64,000 bases of DNA from Laetmonice hystrix (Eukaryota), in assembly GCA_965235115.1 (NCBI GenBank), contig OZ249436.1, positions 33,916,001 to 33,980,000 of the forward strand. Reading direction: 5' to 3'. The translations under genes were made by a program, and so were the position numbers. Below are positions 25,471 to 37,789 of this stretch, one piece after another. Under the pieces are notes generated by a model, which was given only the letters and a program-made list of their open reading frames with translations, ran no database searches and was not told where the DNA came from. Position 1 is the first letter of the stretch. The number at the start of each line of letters is the position of its first letter.

Positions 25471-28400
25471 ATGGTACGAGTAACTGTACCAAGTTACAGA
25501 AAAGTCGGCGGAGAACACGAACGGAGCTTTACAGTAAGGGTTTTATCATTTCAGGAATGTTTTATGATGTTTTAACCAGCAGGGCAGATTGAGAGGGTTA
25601 TTATCGCCCAGCATTTGATTAGTCCATTAGATTAATTACGGTAGGCCTACCACCGCCTACCACCGACGACAGTCCATGGATGGTCACCGTGGGTGAAAGG
25701 AGTGGTGAGAGACTCCGTCCATGTTCCAGAGCTTAGGCTATTACTAGCCTAGTAGTATTACTATAGACTGTATAGTAACGTATTGGTAAGGGTAGACCTA
25801 CGAGTTTGTCAACGCCTGTACTTTTGGTATGCAGACCTGGCAAAACTCTCGCTTGCCTTGACTCAAGTGGCTTCAGCTGGAAAACTCCCGAATATGGTTT
25901 TTTTTTGCCCCTTTCTCCTATCTCCCGACTGACCTGTGAAATCTCCCGCCTGCCCTTTCATTTGCAGAAAAAAATGTGTAACAATTTTAGCCAGGTATTT
26001 AATTCAGCGATTTGCCATTTTCGCTTACAATAGTTGCCGCTAAATATTAACCATAAAGCCTTCTATATTAGTACACCGAGGAGTGCGACACGCGTTCTGC
26101 ACCACATTGACTTGGATGGGAAGTCGGCCGTGTTGACCGACCGGACGAGGCAGGGGTTGGGTGCAAGGGCAGGCCGGTGTCGCGTACTCACATCTCTGCT
26201 GGTCTCAGAACTCCGGGAGCATGGTTTCCTTTGTTTAGATGCTGAATTGGACTAAGTGAGCACACGCGACTATTTCGACTGGCAAATAGGCCCAAGCCTC
26301 GAATTACACAACGGCATCGACGGCAATTGCCGTCGTGCCCTTTCCATTTGCCGTCATGCCCTCCTATTTTTTGCGTCATCGACGGCAGTCCAGCGCCGTG
26401 ATGCCCTTTCCCCTTTCTGTCGTGTGCCCTTCTGTGGACGCAGGCCAGATGACACCCTACTCTTTAACAATCTTAATAACCCGACTTTCTAAAAGCTTAA
26501 AACCTTAACAAAGTTAAGATATTCTGTATTCAACCTCGTTAAATTCCTCTAGCTATTCTTCAGGATCACTTTCCAAGACATTGACATATTCAGATCTAGT
26601 TGTGGATGCCTTGGTGCCCCTCCCTGGAGAAGTAAATAAACTTGCCGTGGTGCCCTTCCAAACGTGTTAAAAATGCTGTGGTGCCCTCCTTTTAACAAGG
26701 CCCTCGACAGCAATTTTTGCCGTGCCCCTTTTAACTTCTAATTCGAGGCCTGTAGGCCTATTTGTCCAAATGTCTAGATGAGACTTATTACATGTAGGCC
26801 TAACAGTTGGACAAGAACTTTGCAAATATACCCAGTTATGCAGCTAAACTCCTGGGGATCTAAGACTGCAGAGATGTGAGACCGCGACACTGGCCAAAGA
26901 CATTCTTTGCCGGCGACCCCCAGACCCCCAGGTAGGGTACCCTACTGTGGTCCCCTATAGCACTTGCGAGTATACTTGCTATAGCCTATAGTGGGAGTGC
27001 ACCGGGTGTGAACCTGCGTACCTGAGGTAAATTACTCGCAGTAAGCTGCTAAGATATCTCAGGTGGAAGGAAGGAATAGCTCTGCCGACAGAAATCTTAC
27101 CTCGGGTAGCTGTAATGTGAATGTGGGATTCGCAGAGAGCAGCCACCAGGGGGCATTACTCTAGCGCAAGGAGTATATTTGATCAAATTCTTACACCTTC
27201 ACCAAACACCTCATTTTTATTTATAGGCCCCCTATTGCATTTCTCTAAAACTAAAAGTAGAGGCCCCCAACCAACCTCACACTCCCCTCTGGATTAAATT
27301 ACCATGTGTGTCCAATAAGTCTGTTTTCATGTGACGTTATTATTTCTAATGAATTTTATGAAATTCCACTTTTTTCCAACACATGTCATGTGTAGGTTTC
27401 TCGGGAGCTCACTACCGCTATATCGTCAAGAAAGTTTCCGCTGCAAAGCGTGGGTAGTCTGAACGCTGATCTTTATCAGACCTTATCATTTCTGCCGGCG
27501 GAAGCTCTCCCAGCAACTAGGCGTGAACACGGCCTTGGCCCAAAACAATCACCTGCTTATTATACACGAGTGCGTACTATACACGATAATTTATGGTATT
27601 TAGTACCCAGGGATGTGCTCAGAAAAAATTGAGTGCTGGGCGGTAGTTTTGCACCAGCTCAAAGGTGCTAATAAAAATTCTTGCTGGGTGGCGCTTGAAT
27701 ATTTTTAGGTCTGTGCTGTGTGGCTAAAAAAATGAGTGTATTTATTTATCTTTTTTCTTGTGTTTTGTGTACATTTGTGTACATACATGAGTTTTCAATT
27801 TACCGTGAGAAAGGTTAAAAACCAGGAGTCCCCCGGTGTGAACCGGGGGACTTGGCAGGTCTGAACTTGGCCAGGGTACCAGTTGATCAAGGACTGACTG
27901 GGTTTGGGTACGAGTTAACCCAACCCCATTTTTGATTTTGAACATGTATAAGAATTGGTTTAGGGGTAAAAATTAGTTGAGGGGCACAGCAATTTTTGCC
28001 ATAGATAATCTTTTGATTTATGAGGGCACCATGGCCTATCTAATAACTTTTTAGGGGCACCATCATGGAAATAACAAAAATTCTAAATGGGCATGACAGC
28101 AAAGTGTGCCTTTTACCAACCCATCACTGAGTTTGGTTAAATTGGATACATAGTCTGGGGCATGGCACATGGAGCCCGACACTGGGTTTGATGTGAGGGA
28201 CATCAATGATCAATTTGGGTATCCAATCCTTGCCCCAAACAGGGTTGGACAAATTATTTTATGAGTCACTGGTCCAGGACCAGTAACTCAGCATATTTAC
28301 TGGTCTTGGGTCCACTGGTCCAAAACTCCATGGAGTGTTTATGGAAATGTTAAGATTGCCATTACAGGCCACAGACCTCCAGCGTACCTGGAGGATGGAG

Positions 28401-30420
28401 GTTTGTGACCTGCTACATACCTGGCACCAGGTCCTGACAGATACCACCTGTCAAGGACAGTAGGTTTAACCAAGACTGGGCAAGAGTCCGTCGGACTACC
28501 ATTGATATATTTTCACAAGTCTGAAGCAATAATAGGCAGGTCCCGGACCTGGGGCTAGTGGATTTGTCCTACCCTGCCCAAATTGAAGTCTTGTTGATCC
28601 ACATCCCACAAATAGATCACCAGGTTTCACAGTCAGTGAATTAAGAAGGAACTTTTCATTTTCTCATTGAAGGTTTTCTGTATAGAAGTGTATGACCATG
28701 GCAGGCGACGTCTTATAGAAAAGCGATACACGGAATTCGAAGATCTACACAAAAAGGTAATAACCAGGTGTTTGTGGCCTAATGAAAATTTAAATCCTAT
28801 GTGGGTGCCATTGGATCGGGTATAATTTCGTGATCAGCCATAAGGTAGCTCTAGCAAACTGGCATTCATGATCCGTGTAGAAAAGAAGGAAAAAATAGGT
28901 AAATTTCCCTCCCAGTTTCACTGACACCATTATGATAGAATTGACTTGTCTGTAAAGAGTAATGATGCCGATATTGCTAGAATTGTAAAAAAAAGTAACA
29001 GGAATTGTCAGAATGGACACGTTCGCCTGAACACGGATGGACTAAATGACTACCGGGTATTCTTTTGTTTGTTATTGCAGCTAAAAAAGCTTATATGGAC
29101 CCCAGAATTTCCTCCAAAGAAGGTTCTCAAGTGGAATCACAAGATTTTAGAACATCGGCGCCATGGGTTTGAGGTATACTTACAGGTAGGCAGCTTAAGG
29201 GGAAGGAGGACCGTAAAATTTCAGTAGTAAACTTTGACATTTTTTGAGTTTTTTCCATTTATTACCATGTTAGCATCACATAATCACCAAAAAAATGATA
29301 TGCTTCCATGCTAATTTTCGTAGTATGGGGGTTTTTAAACTGCCCCCTCCCTGAAAATATGACAAATTCTGACGCACTTCCATGTCTCGTTTCAGGCAAA
29401 AGAAATACATCAAATAATATCAAATGTATATTTTTTTTTACCTAGAAGGACTGAAATGTAACATACCTACCACACTGTACTAAAAAATATGCCGATTAAA
29501 CAATTTTTTTTCAGATTTTGTATTTTTGCCGAGGTGATTGCATATATTTTTCATCGTAAAATCCCACCTTTTTCAATAACAGGAGAAAACTGGTAGTAAA
29601 TGTTATATTTTTTTTGGCTAAAATTAAAGACAATGACCAACTCTCATCAAATCAGTAAAAAAAAATATACCATTCCAGGGTAATTTTTTTGGTAGGACCC
29701 CTTTTTTGTAGGAAATTTACCCATTTTTACCCAAAATTCGGGTTTTTTGCTCCTACAAACTAATTAGTGGTGAATGTATTTATACCGTTTTGGCCTATAA
29801 TTAAAGATAATGACCATTTTCATCAAAATAAACTAAGACATCTGTCATTTCAGGTAAACGTGTCCCTGTGACCACCTTTTATGTTGTTGAAAAGGGCCCC
29901 AAATCACCCCCCCCCCCCCCCTTTAGCTGAGTGACTTTGCCGAGTGTGTTGAGTGGAGTGAAACTTGAGTGTAAGAGAAACCGGGCCCTGGCAGATGGAG
30001 ACACTGGATTTGTGACTGCTAGTTCTTGTCTGTGCCACTGGGGCGCCACTGTAGGCCTACTATGCGCGTAAACCTGCGCAGTGGTCTGATTTGCTTCGGT
30101 GCTCCTTCCCCTTAAGTCATTTTCATATACTTTGTACAGCCAGGTCTCATTAATCCATGGTTTTTGACCCCTCACAATCCCAGAAAGAGGCCACTTAAAA
30201 TTGTATTGGAGCAAATGCAAGAAAGTATGTGGAAAATGTAATGATCCAACTCTTTTCATAGATAAAGTATTAATCTGGTTTCACTGTCATTTTATTGAGG
30301 TATGATGACATAGGTATTCAAACATTTATAGGGCTTGCTAGACCAGCACCAAGATGCACCAAGACCTCTTCTCCAGTTTCTTCAGGTGCACCCTTCTGAG
30401 TCCAGGAAATCCTCCTTTGA
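25471..30420 (+). CDS. SNX24: Sorting nexin 22/24-like PX-domain protein, exons 1-4; the terminal exon(s) were not found in the window
   Basis: Exons 25471-25533, 28673-28756, 29081-29185 and 30332-30420 give MVRVTVPSYRKVGGEHERSFT/VFCIEVYDHGRRRLIEKRYTEFEDLHKK/LKKLIWTPEFPPKKVLKWNHKILEHRRHGFEVYLQ/GLLDQHQDAPRPLLQFLQVHPSESRKSSF. This is colinear with the SNX22/24 PX domain as I recall it. Confidence 0.88.
26293..26752. mobile_element. MITE in SNX24-like intron 1
   Basis: TIRs CAAGCCTCGAATTA ... TAATTCGAGGCCTG, with internal repeated GTGCCC motifs. Confidence 0.6.
29199..30111. mobile_element. Non-autonomous TTAA-targeting DNA transposon (Kolobok-like) in SNX24-like intron 3
   Basis: TTAA on both sides (29195-98 and 30112-15). 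TIRs GGGGAAGGAGGACCG / CGGTGCTCCTTCCCC match at 14 of 15 positions. Confidence 0.75.
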
Positions 30421-31527
30421 GTAAGTATGAATAATTCTTGGTCTAGATTACCTTTTAAGCATCTGCATTTAAAGGCAATCACGCCATTTTAGATCTGACG
30501 TTGAAAAAGCTTAGATATTTGGTAGAAATGAAGATCTATATCTCTACTTTACAAAAACATGAAAAAAAATATATTGTCACCTTGGAAACCTGAGAGTGAC
30601 AGCACTGCCACCTTGTGGCCAATTTGGAAACCAGGTAGAACTAACCAAAACAACATAAATTCAGTTTTTTTTGGTATTTATTCGCAATCATAAATCACTT
30701 GACGACACCAGTTTAACAAGGAGACATGGATTAATGAAAATACACCAAAGAAATAAATGCAGGTGTTTCCAGGATACATATAATTCAACTGAAAAGTTAA
30801 TTTTCGGCAGTCAGATCGGGAAATCATGTACCAAAAAAATACGAAATTGCAGTAGCGTATCCCGGAAAGGCTGCGTTATATATGCACACAAAAAAATAGG
30901 GGTCACCGTAATTATTTTTTTTAGTAACACGCTTCGTTTAAACCCCGAGTTTGGCCAAAAACTGAATTTTTACACGTCAAATGTAGGAATTTCTATTTCT
31001 ATGCAAAGTAGACACATTAGTTATAATAAATGCTAAAATCCTTTAAAATATTCACCATTTGAAGATATGAATATGAAAAGGTACAAATATACATGTATAA
31101 CAAATTTCATGTAATATGTCTCCATCAGTGCAACTGTATACAGCAGATAAAATGTGCCCATATTTTACTCTGCTTTGATATACTACTAACCATTCTGCTT
31201 CACTCTGTACACATATTTCAGTACATAAGTAATGAAAAAACAGATCCAAGAGTTCTCCAAAGATTACTGAGACAAATCTGAGGCAACTTTGAGGTGGAAA
31301 CACTCTTCAATATATACCACAGCACTTGGCATTTCACGTCGAGTATAGGGTCTAGGCCTACTGGCCAGGCCCTCTTGCAGCACGTTCGACGAGCCGCGAC
31401 CCGATATGGCTGCCGATAAGCTCTTTTATAACTCAAGCTTATCGGCAGCCATATTGGCCTACTGAGATATTTTATACTATGATTCCATCTTTCAGTGGTT
31501 TGATGTTCTTTTCATTGTGTAGACGGC

Positions 31528-31728
31528 CTTAGATGCCAAAAATGACTCAGACCACTAGCACTTGCTTAGTCACCGAGGTCTTTTATACTCTAATCAGCAG
31601 TTTCCGTGGGGACCCGGAATAAAAGAGGTCCCTTTCACTATTCAGTATCCTTACTCTGTTTTCGCCGTGAAGATGGCCTTAGGTCCTGACATGGCGTAAC
31701 AACCACCATTACTCACTCATTCACTCCT
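31528..31728 (+). mobile_element. Non-coding 3' end of an I/Nimb-type LINE (or a SINE sharing its tail)
   Basis: Same pseudoknot, hairpin and (CACT)n tail as the coding copies at 56.2, 62.1 and 63.2 kb. Its upstream ~70 nt are shared with the copy at 34612-34810. More partial tails occur near 32260-32360, 51623-51737, 55393-55437, 58910-59046 and 59135-59171. Confidence 0.75.
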
Positions 31729-32320
31729 CCAGTATGACAGGAACTGAGCTAAGTAGTGGAGCAATATACCAGTAGTTTAGTACGGTCTGGTGTATAGACG
31801 CGTTCATAGGTAGGTTTTTTCTTAATGTCAGGCCCATAGAGTAAAAATGGTACATGACGGGGGTGGGTCAGATGACCATAGATCACTCCTTGATCGCACC
31901 TCCTAGGGACGTAGGCTAACGATGTAGGGGAGGAAATTTGTCTCGGTTGTAGTCCCATCTAGGGGCCTGTTGTAAAACCGCTTGAACGTGCTGGTTGTGC
32001 CCCACCCGGCTTAGTACTTACTGCATGATTGCAGTGATTGGTACCTGTGTCCAGTGAGCTGTGCTGGTTGAGGCGTGCCGGCAGGAGTACGCCGTTTTTT
32101 CGTTGTGGTTCATCAATACACTCGTGAATCTTGATTTTTTCACTCAATGACGCAATTCAAAAACTTCACAAACTGTGAATAAATATATATCAGTTTATAT
32201 TCTTTATTTGTTATCAAAAAGGCATTAAAACCTGATAAAAAGTGACATACTGTCCCAGCAGTTCCCGTTAGGACCCGGGATAAAATAGGCCCCTTTCAAT
32301 ATATTCTTTTTACTCTGTTT

Positions 32321-33099
32321 TCACCATGAAGGTGGCCCTTCCATTACTCGCTCACTCACTTCCTGTCCCGTATGAAGCTCCATTGTCCAGTAATGACTAG
32401 AGGAAATAGAGGCATTTGCTGTCTGTTTGTCCATCAGGTCTGGGAGGCGTGCGAACTGCTGGGGGTCGATGGCTTGAGGTGAGGGAGAAGTTAGCTGCAC
32501 CTCCCCTCTGCCCATAGGAGTGTTTAGGATCTTCTGGATGCTGGCTGGTGTTGTTGTGATGAGAGCCCTAGCGGCAGGCACCATATTGTTCAACGCAATG
32601 TCCACCATTTTGTCCTCTGAGAGGCCAATATGTGTCCCCTCTCGACGTATCCCCTTCAGGAATGCCCGGATGTCCTCCCCGTGCCTCTGTTTACGGGCAC
32701 AGAGAGCGTTCTCCAAGTCCCAGCGTTGTGTTACATTGGGTGTGAATTTCTCCTTCAAGGCGTCCTTCAGTGCCGCAAAATCATTTTTGACCTCATCAGT
32801 CAGATGCACGTACCACTCCGATGCCACATTTGGGCCAAAAAACATAGGCAGCGTGGTGGCTAATTTTGCCTGTGTTGTCCATCCTTTCCCGCTGGCATGG
32901 ATCTGGAACTGGGTCAGCCAAGCTGATACATCCATCCCTTCTCCGAAAGCCGGCAGTCGGGAACCTCCCAAGAAGCCATTCTCTCCGTTAAAGTGTTTAT
33001 GTTCTCCATGCCGGTGTCTGGCTGAGGTGTTCTCGATCTCAGATTATGAGCATGACCGAGTGATGATGATGGACGTGAAGCTTTACTCATGAATGCCAC
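32321..33099 (-). pseudogene. Ty3/gypsy-type gag (capsid) remnant
   Basis: ORFs 32914-33099 and 32321-32971 join across one frameshift: HNLRSR...LPAFGEGMDVSAWLTQF...ASEWYVHLTDEVKNDFAALKDALKEKF...RKQRHGEDIRAF (capsid/major-homology-like). A PBS-like TGGTGGTAGAACCCG lies upstream near 33203-33217. Truncated at the 3' end by a LINE tail. Confidence 0.7.
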
Positions 33100-34611
33100 C
33101 GAACTGAGTCAGCGCTGATACTTGAGATAATAAAATCTTGAGCCATGGGCGAATTTTGATACGGATGTTCCAATTGAAAATAAAAACCAGAAGTTCACAC
33201 CTCGGGTTCTACCACCACTTTCGTACCGTCCTTGTGTATTACTTTTGTATTGTCAGTTGTTGCTTGGGGAATGTTATGAAAAGAAAAGGGAATGGGGAGA
33301 GAAAGTTGATGACACAATTGTTGAGCTTAGAAAAGGAACATCCGTCTTTTAATCATTATCGTTCAGTTACATTGTCCTTGTTGCAACACCGTTGTGGCAG
33401 GGAACCGCATGCTCGTTCCAACATGGCAGCCCACACTGACTGGCCTGGCCCGCGCTCCATACACAAAGTATATCATCAAACGATAGTGACCTTCCACACA
33501 CGGTCCATTTTCCGGGAATATATAGATACAATAGATACAATACCAGTGAAACAATTTAACTGGTTTGGTGACACTCACCAACGCTTTAAAGGTATATTGT
33601 CCATGGTGCTGCCAATGTGACGGTTCAACAGATTGTCCCAGTGACCACGTGGTGGCCCCAGAGGGGGAAAACTTACTGGATTATCTTCCAGTCTATAAAT
33701 GTTGCACACATATTCAAGGCAATCCGGGTGACGTGAATTTCATGTCCAGAACAGTGATATCCGTGAATACACATATATATACATGTTTGTATACCTGAAC
33801 GGCGCAGCCATGTGGCCGGCACAGGGGTAACTTGGTCGCTACTAGAGTACAGAGAGAGAGAGAGAGATGAGGGAGAGAGCCTCCAGGCAGGGGCTTGACC
33901 TATATCCGGTCACGTGGGGGGTACACGAGATTTCTTAATTTGACCATTAAGTTACACAAATCCTAAATACTAAATAAGTGTGAGCAGTGACTATGTTTTA
34001 CCAAGATTATGCACCTGCTATATAGTTAAAATAAAATAGTTATGGATTTAAAATAAACACACTCCAACTGAACTTATGGTAATGGCTACCATGTGTGATG
34101 CTGACCGGCGCGCTCAGTGTGATAAGAGTGGCCGGTTCTAACAACTGTTTTTAATTAGGCCCTGCCATATATATATATACACATAACTGATTTTGAAAAT
34201 TCCCTACCACAGATCTGCTGTGGGTGTTGTTATTGGGGTGTTGTGTAAGTAGCTATAGGCCATCGGCCTGGAATATTGTTTTTTGGTGGATGCGGACCAA
34301 GAGGTGGATAGTCTCTTCCATGTGGTATGGTGTAGTCCTAGATATTGCCACAGTCTAGAGCTGTATTACTGCCAGGGACATTCTCCCCGCCAGGGGCAAA
34401 ATGGTGCTGGCATCGTTTGATCAGAAGAGGGTGGCCCGATCCACCAGCAGTAGGTGAGAGCGGTTGCTATGTAGGAGTGCTTTTATTCTACAAACGGACT
34501 TACTTATTCTATTAAAATCCTTGACTAGTTTAATTAATTAAATGTATAATGTAGGGGTACACCAACAGAAAGATCTTATTTTCTTTACACTAGCCCCTCT
34601 TATTATCCTTA

Positions 34612-34812
34612 TAGCCTTAGCTGCCAACAACGCATCATGCTACTAGCAGCACTAGCTTAGTCACCGAGGTCTTTTATACTCTTCTCATCAGTTCCCGTGG
34701 GGACCCGGGATAAAATAGGTCCCTTTTACTGTTCATTATTCTAACTCTGCTTTCGCAGTGAGGATGGCCTTAGATGCCAACATGGCATACAACCACCAAT
34801 ACTGACTCTCTC
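34612..34812 (+). mobile_element. Second non-coding LINE/SINE tail copy
   Basis: Colinear with 31528-31728, including GCTTAGTCACCGAGGTCTTTTATACTCT and TCCCG..GGGACC CGGGA TAAAATA GGTCCC. Confidence 0.75.
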
Positions 34813-35231
34813 CTTCACAGTTCTTTTACAATTCTTTGTTGAGAAACAAACTTTGAAAGAAAGTCACCTATAGGTAACTCATGGACTTGGACATAATGTA
34901 CGTGCACTAGCTGAATTTGATACTTTTGTCCTTGTACTGTGATTTGTCTGAGACTATAGAGCCATTATTTGTTCAGAACATATACACCAAAGGAAGGAAA
35001 CAATGTTCGGATATAATTTTACCTCGTCCAACACTCAGTGTATACGGTACTCGATGAGAAGGCAGGCGCATGTGTGGTGTGACATCAGTCAGCACAGGTT
35101 TTTTTCGTGGTGCAAGACATCGGTGTTTAGTGAGAGCATTTTTGCCGTTTTTTTCGTGGTGCTTTTATTTGTCTCGATTTTCTGTCGGTGGGGTGTTTCT
35201 CCCCTACCTTTTGGGACCTCCTTGAGCTGCC

Positions 35232-36508
35232 TTAGCATAGACTCCTTGGAGTAAACCTTCCCTGTTCCCTGCTCCTGACTGTCAGTCCGTTCATTGCCAT
35301 GAACAAGCAGTGTAATTCATCAATGAATCCCTTAGACAGTCTATCCAATTCCTCATCCAATTTTCCTCTATCTAGGATGAGCTGGCCAATTGGCGCCAGG
35401 GCTGCTGCAGTGGCCGTGACCACAGCCTTTTTTAACACTGGCAAACTCCCATCTGCCACTTTGGTTCCTGCACCCAACCCCGTAAACACCTCCGTGTCCA
35501 CTTAAGGGGCAACTAGGCCGGTCACATTTGGGATGGTGCCGTACACTTTGGTCAATCCTTCTTCTGATCTCCGCACGTACGGCTCTTTGCAGAATTCATT
35601 GAAGATCTCTGCCATTTCTGGGCAGATCGGCTTCCCTGCCCGATCTCCAGTCAGTGTTTTCTCACGTTGGGTTTTGATCAACTTCAAAAGCTGACCCGCC
35701 TTGTGTGAGTTAGGGTCAGTGAAATAATGGGGGTGTGTTACTTGTGGCAGGCGCTGTTTAATCTCATGGACAATGATCTGCAAAAACTGAAAAGACACCA
35801 AGATAATGGTGCCTGTTGTAACGGAGTTGGCTTTTCCTAATGGAGTGGAATTTGCCGCCGTCACAAATAAGACTCAGGTTGTTGTTGTTCACAAACTCCT
35901 CAATGGAGGATATCCGAGGATTCTGCATTTGCAGGGTCCGTGGCAGGGGAGATCGGCATGTACATGTTTTCCAAAACCGGCATCGGAGACGGCGACACCG
36001 GGTGGTATGGACCTGGGGAAACTGGCGTTAGCCTTGGTGGCCCCACTGGTGTTGGCCTTGGTGGTCCCACTGGTGTTGGGCCATAGACCGGTGAGGGCTC
36101 CGTCGGCGTCGGTGTCGTCGGGCCATAGATTGACGAGGGCTCCCAGTCCATCAGCATCTGGAGGACCTCCGGATAGTTGCCGAAGTCCGGAATTGGACTT
36201 CCCCCACTAGCCGGTTGAGCAGCTGAACTTGCACCCGCCCGCGGCGTCGTCTCTCCCGCCGTGGTCGTTTCCTCAGCATCCATCTTCTGGGGAGGCTTGG
36301 GTGGGGGAAAGTTCTCATCCGCCAGTGCTAACCTCAGGGCCTGCGCCTGGCTTTGGGTGATATTAAGGTGGGCTATGTCGGCTTCTGTCATAGCATTGAG
36401 GATTGACACCTCTGTGAAGTCCTCCTTCGATAGGGCATCTGTCTTTTTCCTTTTCAGGAGGTGCTTGGTTGCCAAATCCAACAAAACAAGGGGAGGTTCT
36501 TTGGCCAT
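35232..36508 (-). pseudogene. Decayed DIRS-order retrotransposon ORF1/gag-like gene with a SAM-like N terminus
   Basis: N-terminal DALSKEDFTEVSILNAMTEADIAHLNITQSQAQALR (SAM-like), a Pro-rich linker and a C-terminal GKPICPEMAEIFNE...PNVTGLVAP*VDTEVF...KVADGSL pattern typical of DIRS ORF1. It has internal stops and a 117-bp foreign segment. Confidence 0.55.
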
Positions 36509-36680
36509 TTTGGGCTGCTGAAGAAAATATCAGAGACAGTTGTGCTGACAAACAGTCTCTCCGCACGGACTGCTTGCTGAAGGGTCACTGCCCGAGCAGC
36601 TGTGTTCTTGCGCATATATAGAAGAGGGTTGATACCCCCGCTGGCTGCTCCGCCCTGGGGCGCCTCCAACCGTCTTTCCT

Positions 36681-37137
36681 TTAAAACCTCATTAAGGGGC
36701 ATAATGTCCCGACAACTTTGGGACGCGCTGTACAGCTATTGTTATCAGAATCAGGAGAGTCATCGTCTGTCGTGACTGAAGATTCATCGCCTGTAGTGAC
36801 TTGCATACAACTCTCCTTGGCTCGCAAACCAGTCATGTTCATACAAATCTTGTAATTGACTGATGATTTATGAAATAGCTGCAAGTGTTTATCTAGCCTG
36901 GTAACCTGGCTGCTACACTTTGGACACTTTTTTGTATGGTCGCTGGTCACTGGCATTCACCTTTCTCCTCAAAGATTCCGGGTCCAGATTGAAATATTTA
37001 CTATACACCTTTTCTTTTGGAAGTTTGTGGACTTGTATGAGATGGCGAGATACTGCGTGCACCATTTTCATACAGATGGGACACTCTTTTCTTACGAGTA
37101 TTTGCGTTTTGGATGGGTTAAAACACGTAAAATTCAA
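36681..37137 (-). pseudogene. Frameshifted ORF with two C2H2-like zinc fingers, probably TE-borne
   Basis: KECPICMKMVHAVSRHLIQVH and KKCPKCSSQVTRLDKHLQLFH in adjacent overlapping frames. Confidence 0.55.
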
Positions 37138-37437
37138 TTGAGGGGGCTTACTTTCTGTGAGAAAAATCTTAAAGAGGGCAGAACTACGTATGAAAAGCTC
37201 ATTGAGCTGTTTTTTAATATTTATGACACTACAATCGATTTACCGGAAGTAGGCAAAAAGGGTAATTGGAACCTGACTTTCAAAACAGTTTTTCAATGCT
37301 GAAAAAATTAAAATACATTTTTGCTTCTCAAGGCTCTCAAAAAGTCGACTGGGTAGCCAATGTTGAGGTTGTGCCACGCTCGCGCGCCATGGTCAAAGTG
37401 GGAGCGGGCTCCCAGAAGTGGTCCCCACGTGGTAAAG

Positions 37438-37520
37438 CCCGCTGACGGGGCGCTGTCAGTCTCTAGCCCGCTGAGGGGGCGCTAAAGTCTCTAGCCCACT
37501 GAGGGGCGCTACCAGTCTCC
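37438..37520. repeat. Three tandem ~28-bp GC-rich units
   Basis: Consensus AGCCC(G/A)CTGAnGGGGCGCTnnnAGTCTC, repeated three times. Confidence 0.8.
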
Positions 37521-37789
37521 TGTTTTAAGATATTTGAATTGGTTCCCTGCTTAAACCCCGTAAAACACAGGGTTGGGAACAGAGAATTTATCTAAAAACT
37601 CAGCTACGTTTTTCGTGCGCTGGTGTACATAATGAATTACCTGAGTAATACACAAGGAGTAATAAAATAAATTTAAAATATTAATAATTAGAGCGAGACA
37701 CAATAACGTATTGTGAAGACAGTCTTTAGTGTCCAGAGATGGCCTCTGCAAGCCTCCCCACACCCAACCCAAAGTATGGTATGAGTTCG

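Noticed and set aside
33225..34000. Possible LTR(s) upstream of the 32-33 kb gag, with a second PBS-like TGGCAGCACCATGG near 33601-33614
   Set aside because: No partner LTR or TSD defines the boundaries.
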